A model generated the notes under the pieces. The model searched no databases, had not been told where the DNA came from, and worked only from the letters and a program-made list of their open reading frames with translations. Shown piece by piece: positions 33,815 to 42,447 of a stretch of 42,447 nt of DNA (the stretch's first letter is position 1; each line of letters begins with the position of its first letter). The stretch comes from Polymyxa betae A26-41. Taxonomy: Eukaryota; Protista; Endomyxa: Phytomyxea. The position numbers and the translations under genes were made by a program. Where the stretch lies: positions 1 through 42,447 of the forward strand of contig RBZT01000788.1 in the NCBI GenBank assembly GCA_003693705.1, in the 5' to 3' direction.

Positions 33815-35130
33815 GGAACATGTTACAGTTTCGCGAAGCTATAGTCGCGCATTTAAAGACCAAAAAAGTAGATCCTGCCGATGATGTTGAAGCTCAGGAA
33901 TCTAAGAATCCGGCTGTTCGTACCTCAGATGCTTGAAACCCAGGTCGATTTTGTAAGAATTTCACGGGACCTCAATCATTCAAAACAGAAACGAGATCTG
34001 CTAATTGAGGATAAGCTTTCCCAGGTACGGTTTGCTAAACTAAAGCAAGCCTTCGATATCGGTCTTATAACTAAAGAAGAATTCAATCGTAATGTTCGTG
34101 CTTTATTGCTTGACGATTTTTGTATACATTTCAAAAACGATCGATTAACAATCGCCTCCCCAACCTAGATCATTTTGCTGTAAGAGACCAAGCTTCCATG
34201 ACGTCGGCGCTGAACAAAATTGGTCAAAACAGCAACTGCTCGAAACATAGGTGGGAACTTCACACCATTTTCACTTCAGGGCGCCTCTGCCCCATTCAAT
34301 CTTCCGTTGATGCCCAGAATACATCGCATTGAATGCGTCAGAATCGTAGAGATCGCCCTCTGACATCGCTTCTCTTTCGTCGACCTGTCTCAAACTATAT
34401 ATATCTTCGCCAATCTTTCCAAGATCTCCTAAACAGAATTTGAAGTAGTCGTCATCACGCCGGAAATTCTACCTCCAGTTTGCATGAAAGTCAGAGGCAC
34501 GAAGAATGTTAACGTCGTGGAAGCTGCCTGGATATCCGGATTATAATGAATAAATGTCCATCGTGGACAACAAGAACGGTGTTTTGGAAGCATACATAGT
34601 TTTTCGGCCGCTTTACCATTTATTGTGAAAATTCTTCTTATCCTGGCTGGATGGCCGCCGGATCTGAACCAGTGCCCCATTGATATGGCCTATACAGCCC
34701 TAAATTTTTGTAAACGATCTGACAGCGTTCTTAGACGTCGCTCGTCCGGCAATGAATGTTCATCTTCAATAGATGGTGACGAAGCGCCCTACATATCGCC
34801 GGTCAGAAGGGTGGCATGTAGCAAGGCAGATACCAAGTTGATATTACTAATTGGAATATACCTTCCACAGTCCCGGTGTTTCTGGTGCGCAGTTTGAGCT
34901 CGAATACTGTTCGTGAATCGCTATCGAATTTATTGGATGAAACATGATTTGATAGGTTAAGAGGAAACCTTCAATTGCGATATGGTTCCGCGATTTGTGG
35001 CTATCGGGTATTGTGATGCAGCAATTGCAACATTACGTTCATTATATTATTCCCTATTTTCCGTTTCATAATTCAGTTGATCTGTATGGGGACCTTGTTA
35101 AAAATAGGATGGGCGTGTGTACCGAATAGG
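33815..35130. mobile_element. PHIS-type transposon copy 2, truncated and highly degenerate
   Basis: Plus-strand accessory C-terminus AKLKQAFDIGLITKEEFNRNVRALLL converging on minus-strand transposase remnants (NGKAAEKLCM, a VVDHDG..GYPGSFHD-like segment near 34510-34570, terminal GWGGD). No clean TIR. Confidence 0.6.
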
Positions 35131-38120
35131 TGTTGAGCCGACTGACGCTTCAATGAACAATGCTGACCTAATGAATCTGATCGCTGAGCCGGCCAATAAA
35201 GATGATGACGGTTCAGGAAATCCCCATTCTACAAAGAATCCCGTTTTGAATCGCAGCCCCGTTCGATATACTACTGTCAGAAGCGGAAGTCGTACAGAGA
35301 GAGACTGGTGTCAAACAGCGGCTGACTTACTGAGAGAGATAGAGATTGGTGACCGAAGGTGATTTCGGAGAGCTAGACAGGCGACGAGAGAAGAGACGAG
35401 AGAACAAGCAAGGGATGGAAGATGGTATGTTTTATAGGCAATTACAAGAATGAAAAGACCGTAATGGCCAAGAGATAGTGTTCGTCAGCAACAGTGAGGC
35501 GTTCACTGTGACAGTGAGCCCAAGTTGCCGGCTGAAAGAGTGTGTAGTCCAGGGGGCATCTAAGGTGGGTTGCGCTCAGCATAATGTCTCTGACATCGTT
35601 AAAGTTCACTAAATCATTTGGAGCCGGACGGTCACTATTCTCTGAGTGAAATTTACGGACCATATCGGCAATTATAAAATCTCGGTTGAGTTCACTTGCG
35701 GGTTCCCATGAATTATCCTCTGGGCCATAGCGCTCCCATGATACAAGATATTGCAATTGATGTCTTCTAGATAAGCGCGAATCTAAAATCTGTGAAACAA
35801 TATAATTGTCGTCAACAGAATCGTCTAGCTTCAAGGGCTGGGCGGCGGCTGAATGCGGCCTGTAAATGTGTTAGCTCGGTAAGGACTCAGCAATGAGCAG
35901 TGAAAACGGGGATGAATATTCATGCTTGGGGGCAAATCGAGCTCAAATGTGACAGGATTGATTTCTCGAGTGATGCGAAATGGTCCAACTCTGGTATAGT
36001 CAGGTTTCTTGCAAGGACGTCGGGTCCTGAGGTTATCTGTTGTAAAACATACTTGCTGCCCGACCTGAAAAGGCGACGAGCGTCTATGCTGATCAGAATA
36101 ATATTTGTATTGTTGCTTAGTCTGCTCCAGTTGTTGACGCAATGTTTCATGCACGTCTCGAAGATCTTTAGCCATCATTTCGGCTCTAGGAACTAGTGAT
36201 GAGTCAGGAACATCGAGGTCAAACCGGGGGTTGTAACCATACTTTCCGAAGAACGAAGAAGTGTGAATCGAGGAGTGGCATGTGTTGTTATATGAAAATT
36301 CTGCCAGAGGCAATAGTGGACACCAATCATTTTGCCTATAGTTGATAAAACACCTAAGATATTGTTCTAGGATCTGATTGACTCTTTCCGTCTGGCCATC
36401 AGACTGTGGATGATACCCAGAAGACGTTGATCTATGAATCTTGAGTATTTGACAGAGACGTTTCCAGAACTTAGAAATATATTGTGATCCTCTGTCCGAA
36501 ATTATATCATCAAAAAATCCGTGGAGGCGAAAAATATCACGAACGAAAGTACGAGCGGCTGTGCTGCATCTGGAATAGAAACGAAGGCTGAGAGATGGGC
36601 TATTTTTGTGAGCCTACAGACTACAACCATGACACATGACATGCCTTCGGAACGTGGAAGATCGGTGATAAAATCCACAGAGATTTGCGACCAATGTCTT
36701 GAAGAAGATGATAAGGGCATCAGTTTACCGCATGGGAGTTGGCGAATTTTCTTAGCTCTTGCGCGCGTTTCGCAAGAATCAAAATACTGCTGGACCGTGC
36801 GTCGTAAATCACGCCACCAATAATTTCGTTGTAATAAGTGAACTGTCTTCGCGCGTCCGAAATGGCCGGCAGCCAATGAGTCATGATGTGATTTCAAACA
36901 TTCCAACCGGAGAGGTCCAGATGGAACGTAAATCTTTTCCCGAAACAGAAGTATACCCTGACTAAAACGGAATTGGCCTGCAGCCTTTCGTCGCTGCTGC
37001 GATAAGATTCTCTGGACAAACGGATCAGAATCTGTTGTGTTTCGGATACGAGAAAGTAAAGAATTCTCGTTTCCACAGATCGTACATGAGATCATGAAAT
37101 TTTCTTTTCTAATGACAGGCGTAGGAACCGGTTGTGCTGCATGATAATCTTCTCTTCTGAAAAGGGCATCGGCTTTTCCATTTTTGGTGCCCGGGCGATA
37201 CTGGATGACAAAGTCAAATCGCGACAGAAACTGTGACCACCTAGCTTGACTTTGAGAAAGAGATTTCATAGATTGGAATTCTTTCAAGGATTGATGGTCG
37301 GTCAATACAAGAACCGGAGATTTTGAACCTTCCAAATAGTGTCGCCAAATTTCAAAACCGCACTTGATTGCTAAAAGCTCCTTATCTCGAGTGTCGTAAT
37401 TTCTTTCCGCAGCCTGGAGGGACCTCGAATAGTATGCAACAGGACGAAGCTTCACTGCATCATCTCGGATCGATAACACCGCTCCTAAAGCGAAATCAGA
37501 TGCGTCGGTTTCCAAAAGGTACTGGTTTTCGTAATCCGGATGGACAAGAATGGGCGCGGATGAAAACTGCTGCGTCAACTTATCAAAGGAAGATTGCTCT
37601 TCGGAACCAAAACAAAAGAGGGCGTTTCTCGGAGGTGCTTAACCAGTGGCGATATAACGGTAGAAAATCCTTCAATATACCGCCAATAAAAATTGGCAAA
37701 TCCAAGATTTCGTTGAAGCTGCCGCACGTTCTGAGGTGCGGGCCAATTACGTATGCCCTCGACTTTAGATGGGTCCATTCGAATGCCGTTATTTGATATA
37801 ATATAACCAACAAACTGCATTTCAAACGCGCATTTTCCATATTTTCGTATAAATCGTTTTCCGGTAGACAACGTAGTACCATTTTAAAGTGCTGTCGGTG
37901 CTGATCGATACTCTGAGAATTGACCAAAATATCATCAAAATATAGCACAACAAACTTCTGATAATAAACCTATCCGTAAAAGGAACCCATCTTTGACGAG
38001 CAAAGTTGTGTGGCAACCAAGGTTTGATGCTTTCCGTTATACTGACCGAACTTTGCTATGCAGCCAGTCACATCATAATAAAGCTTGGCCAGGTTTTTGA
38101 AGGTGTTATTTATTGCAACA

Positions 38121-39061
38121 ATGATCGATAGTGACAGCGATTCCACCATCAACGAGATCCTCGACCATCAGATGGTCGTCCTGACAGCTGCATCGACTGC
38201 AGCAGCTACTTCTAGCGTTTTGTTTGATGATGAAGGAATGACGAACGATGATCAGCGATTCGTCGATCCTGATGAAGGAGTTCGTGATCAACTTTATCTT
38301 TTAATGAAGAACCCATCGCTTTTCAAGGTTATGACAAATTTCACTGCATCTGAATTTGCAGAGCTCAGCGCAAAAGTATGCCCAATTTTGGCGATTAAGG
38401 TGGCCAACTGCAGCAGAACGGCACGCCCTAGCACAGAGAACTAGTTTCAATGGATGCATAGGGTTTATCGATGGAACACTTGTCCAGATTCGTCGCCCGA
38501 TGAGCGATACTTTCGGAGAGCGCCACCAACTTCTGTACAATGGACGAAAATCTATGTACTGTCTTAACAACAGTCGTTGTTGATCACGATGGCTTGTTTA
38601 TTTACGTGGATCCAGGATATCCCGGTTCCTTTCACGATATTAATTGTTTGCGCCGTTCTGACCTATTCCGCGATTGGCGGCAGTATTTTGTTCATGATGA
38701 CAATTACTTTGAATATCTTTTAGGAGATCCTGGTTATGTTGGAGAGGAGATGTTTATCATGCACCGCATGCGGCAGCGAGGACCTCCCAGAGCCAACCAA
38801 AATATGGAGGTGATGGACGCTTTCAACGCTGCTCATGTGGGGATGAGGGTAAGGGTTGAATGGGGCATCGGAGGCCTTAAGCGAAAGTGGCGAAAACTGA
38901 TGAAAATGTTTGAAGCAACCATAGGCAAGCTTCCTCACTTGTTTCGCGCCTGCGCTATTCTTACGAACTTCCTTCAACGTCCCCGTCTTGACGTGCGAGC
39001 GTTTGAAGAAGGTGTGGACGCTGCCAACGCAGGCTGGGATGACGACGATCCTGAATTATGA
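38121..39061 (+). pseudogene. DDE transposase of PHIS copy 3 (deletion near 38390, frameshift near 38570)
   Basis: GCIGFIDGTLVQIRRP, VVDHDGLFIYVDPGYPGSFHD, EYLLGDPGY, RVRVEWGIGGLKRKW, ACAILTNF. Confidence 0.9.
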
Positions 39062-39096
39062 AATGTATATACAAATTTTTTATTTGATTGAAGGCG

Positions 39097-39489
39097 TCAC
39101 ACTTCCAAAAGAGCAGCAGCTCTTTTGTTGAATTCATCCTGTTCGATCAGCCCCAACGAGAGAGCCTGTTTCATCTTCTCCAGTTTAGCTAAATCCGCCT
39201 TGTGGCGAAGAAGCTCCTGCTGCGTCTCGCGTATCGAGGAGTAATTCTCACTCATAGTGGCGATAGATGATGATTGAGTATGCAACATCTGTGCCTTTGT
39301 GGGCTGAATGCTGGTGGGTTTTTGTTTGCCAGCTTTTTTCCTGGTCGAACACCACGAATTATAGTGGTTTCCGTGGGACGACATCAGCACCCTGATCTCA
39401 AAGGACGTAATCGTATCACGACCAGCGGTTTTCGCCTTTTTCGGAGGCGAAACCAATAGCTCTTCAATGCTTGCAGTAGACTCGCTCAT
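39097..39489 (-). pseudogene. Accessory protein of PHIS copy 3, probably internally deleted, SHOCT-like tail
   Basis: ITSFEIRVLMSSHGNHYNSWC..KQKPT matches copy 1 VSPETLELLAKSHHLHFSDYC..KQKPT; ends LEKMKQALSLGLIEQDEFNKRAAALLEV. Confidence 0.7.
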
Positions 39490-40043
39490 ATCAACAAAGC
39501 CAGGCGATAAGTATGCACAGTGAAATATGATATGTTTATTACAAAAAAGGTGTTACCAAACGTCAAAGCTTGGTCAAAGTTTGGGACCCAGGTTTTGACT
39601 GGGGTTTAAACTTTGAACCAAGCTTTGGCACTGACGGGCAGCAGGAGGCCGATTCGCCAAGCTTTGGCCCCAAAGTTGTGTGACTCACCAATATTTGACA
39701 CCTTTTACGGATAAGTTTAATCCCTAAAAATATCGTTGAGAAAGTGCTGAAAAGTGGCCGGCGCGTTACATAATCCGAAAGGCATTACTCGGTAATCGGA
39801 TAGACCATAGCAAGAACGGAATGCAGTTTTCCACTCATCTTCACGGATTCGAACGCGATTGAAAGCAGACTTGATATCATCCTTGTGTAAACACACGCCT
39901 TCAATAAAACGATCCAGAATTTCACTAATTAACGTCAGAGGATATTAAACTTAATTGTCATGGCGTAGAGTTTTCTGTAGTCCACACATGGACGTAAAGA
40001 GCCGTCCTTCTTGCGAGTGACAATGATTTGGCGACGCCATTGG

Positions 40044-42447
40044 CAGTGTTGTAACACAGGATGTTTTTTGCTTAAACATTCGAAGGTTTTTATTGGGTTT
40101 AAACAATGTGTAAATGTTTTTACAAAAAACAATAAAAACATGGGTAATAAAAACATGGTCTTTATATGCGCCACGCAGTCCGTGAATCATGTCAGTCTCT
40201 AGAAATCACATTTCGTCTTTGTCATCGAGCTGCAATTTCCTCTCGAAAACAAGCTGTTGGTCGCCCTGCATCGGAATGCAGATTGCATTTGATCAAGTTG
40301 AACGAAATGTGCAATAATTCGCAGTATTGGCATCATTGCTCTCATTGTAAACGCGCACACAAAGAAATCCCGGAATCTGTGGATCCACCACAGAAGATTA
40401 TCGGCCGCAAAAAAGCCTTCGAATCTCATCTTCGCGATTGTGAGCATTATGCTGCCGTCGCCGCCACTCCTCTCGGAGCTGTGGCGATATCTGCTCCTCA
40501 ATCTCAATCAATTGCGACCTCAACTGCCGCTTCTGCTCCATCCAACAGTAATAAGCGATTCCGCCAGTCGACAATCAATTAATATTGTCCCGCTCCTTTG
40601 GATACTCATAATATAGCTTCGTTTCACAATCTTCTGTTGGAGTTCCAAGCGGAAAATAATCTCCCAGCAAACTTTATCAGTCGCCCGTCGACTAAACGGC
40701 TTTTTGAGATTGCCATTCTACAATGTGCAAGAAAACTACCCAGCCGCCACGACCTTGGAGGTAAAATTTTGGACGCTTATTCTTCGGCAGCTTCCGCTGC
40801 CGACATCAACGCTCTTCGTACTGAACAAACAGCTGATTTGCGTGTTAACTTGCACACGGACGCATGGGAGAACATCGCTCGGTCCCATATCATGGCTGTT
40901 CAGCTCAGTCTGAACGGAGTCATTTTGACTTACGATGCGTCAGTACAATCAAATCGCCAAGACGGGCTTGCCATTGCCGATTTATTAGAAACACTTCTGA
41001 TCCGGGTGCAGCAGGAAGGTGGAACGTTGGCTCCGTTGTTACCGACAACGCGGGTAACTGCGGTCGAGCCAGGCGAATTCTTGCTCTGCGCTGGCCGAAA
41101 ATGATTTTCCTTTTCTGTTTCGCCTACCAGGTAAATCTTTTGGTCAAGGACGTCATTAACGCGTCTTTCAAAGTTATCGCGAAAGAAGCCTATGATATCG
41201 TGGTGTGCCTGAACAGATCAACTGCAAAATGGCTGCCGCGTCTGCGGGACATTATGGAATCTGTATATGTCGTCCATTTCTCGTTGATTCTAATGGCGGA
41301 CACGTGTTGGAACTCAATGCAGGCAATGCTTGTGTCGTTGCTTCCAGTAAAGACTGCACGGAGAATGTTTTTTATGCGCTGGGGCGGAAAGTCCGATTTC
41401 CCGATGGCTTTGACGGGACTGCAGACGGATGACTTCTGGGTTAAGGTATGTGCAGTAACAAAATTGTTATGGGTAAATTGAAGCTGTTCAATTGTAGCTT
41501 GCGGATGCCGAGGCGGTCATTCGTCCCCTATCGTTGTGGTCGTTTCGGTTACAGCAAGACAAAATCCATGGCTGACGTCGTTATGAATTTTGGTAATGTC
41601 TTTATCAGCTTTTCGTGATAGCATGCATCGCGACGAACTTATTCCTTGCATTGAGAAACGGTGGGAGGATTGCGAACAGCCGTTATTAGTGTTGGCCCTG
41701 TTCTTGCATCCAGCATGCCGAAAGCTTTTTCAATTACTTCCGGAAATATCATTGACATCCCTCGTTCATTTATCCGAAATCTGCATTTTCTATTTTGTGC
41801 GGTTCTTTGGTCACGAACACGTACAGCTCCGCCAAGAGATAATGGGCTGGCAAAACTCCGAGGAATACTTTAACGGGATTAGCCCTTCGGAGTTCTCGGA
41901 ACCGATCGCTCTCTGGAAATTTATTCGGCAAGGGTATCCAAACTGTCGCCTAGCTCGTTTGGCACTCGTTATATTGAGCGTTTCTATCAATACTGCAACT
42001 TGCGAACGGCTTTTCAGCGAGCTTGCAATGATTCATTCTGCTCGACGAAACCGTTTGTGCCCAGGAAAGGATAAGAAGTTAAGTATTGTTCGCAGCTCTG
42101 ATCGAAAGAAGAATTTACGTGAGTGTTTGGCCAAGCCAGCCACGAATGACACCGCTGTCGTCAGCCGTATTATTGATCCCACGGAACGGCGTATCAATGG
42201 AGAAGAAGAGCAATCAGAAATAATTATTGGGACTTTGGATGAAATGGATACGGATAACCAATCCGAGGGCGGAAGCTGTTCTGACAGTGAGGCCGGACAA
42301 ACCGAACAACAGCCAGCAGCCGCTGAATCCCAAGATGTGTTCTTGTTATGGCAAGAGGTTCTCGACTTGATGGCGGCGGAAACAATGCAGGAATTCGAGG
42401 TCGAAGAAGTTGAGATAGCGTCTGGTGTAGTTCGATCAAACTGGCCG
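40044..42447 (+). mobile_element. hAT transposon hAT-2 (left end and degenerate DUF659-type transposase; right end outside window)
   Basis: Starts CAGTGTTGTAAC with TGTTT/AAACA subterminal repeats; CSHC..HLRDC finger, LHTDAWEN, VVTDNAG, CFAYQVNL, TCWNS, LALVILSVSINTATCERLFS..RRNRL; intron 41446-41497. Confidence 0.88.

Larger units (their letters stand above)
37966..39718. mobile_element. PHIS-type transposon copy 3, internally deleted, inserted in Gypsy-3 RT
   Basis: 18-bp TIR AAACCTATCCGTAAAAGG / CCTTTTACGGATAAGTTT (1 mismatch); AAT on both sides (37963-37965, 39719-39721); CAAAG(C/T)TTGG-like subterminal repeats; RT frame restored on removal. Confidence 0.9.
35275..40043 (-). mobile_element. 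Ty3/Gypsy chromovirus Gypsy-3: 3' LTR (35275-35595) plus pol from RT to chromodomain; 5' part displaced by hAT-2
   Basis: LTR ends TGTCAGA/TCTGACA; KKDGSLRPCVDYRKL, LYFDDILV, ETDASDFALG, HDSLAAGHFG, ISVDFITDLP, VGPFRI, YIVSQILDSR..YLVSWERYGPEDNSWEP. Confidence 0.9.

Noticed and set aside
35116-35132. Right TIR of PHIS copy 2 (TACCGAATAGGTGT)
   Set aside because: Only loosely resembles TACGGATAGGTTT and the left end is missing, so it cannot be supported as a feature.
1-42447. Prokaryotic IS elements or defence system
   Set aside because: LTR retrotransposons, hAT/CACTA elements and spliceosomal introns show a eukaryotic nuclear origin; the IS5-like DDE proteins are Harbinger-superfamily.

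Overview
Eukaryotic transposable-element graveyard. No recognisable host gene, rRNA, tRNA or CRISPR array is present. Short (about 50-57 nt) GT-AG introns inside several transposases point to a compact-genome microbial eukaryote; the taxon cannot be fixed from the sequence. Almost all 42 kb resolves into nested, mostly broken elements, several with exact TIR/TSD/LTR boundaries readable by eye. Nest 1: Ty3/Gypsy RT fragment < Copia-type LTR (1901-7030) < hAT (1989-6897, 8-bp TSD) < PIF/Harbinger (3746-6295, TTA TSD). Nest 2: Copia-A (7042-22435) < chromodomain Gypsy-1 with a self-priming PBS (7328-19065, TSD ATAGG) < Copia-B (12232-18982) < PHIS-type element (12355-14951). Further right: an intron-rich CACTA/EnSpm-like transposase with unexplained upstream gene(s) and a 65-bp tandem array, a second CMC-like fragment, two more chromodomain Gypsy remnants, a hAT-type MITE, a Copia fragment, two more PHIS-type copies and a second hAT running off the right edge. 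The best novelty candidates are (i) a three-copy Harbinger-superfamily family with AAACCT(G/A)TCCGTAAAA TIRs, probable ANT target duplications and an accessory protein ending in a SHOCT-like helix, whose sister transposases differ by an intron, and (ii) the orphan genes carried with the CACTA-like elements. All family calls come from motif recognition, not database searches.
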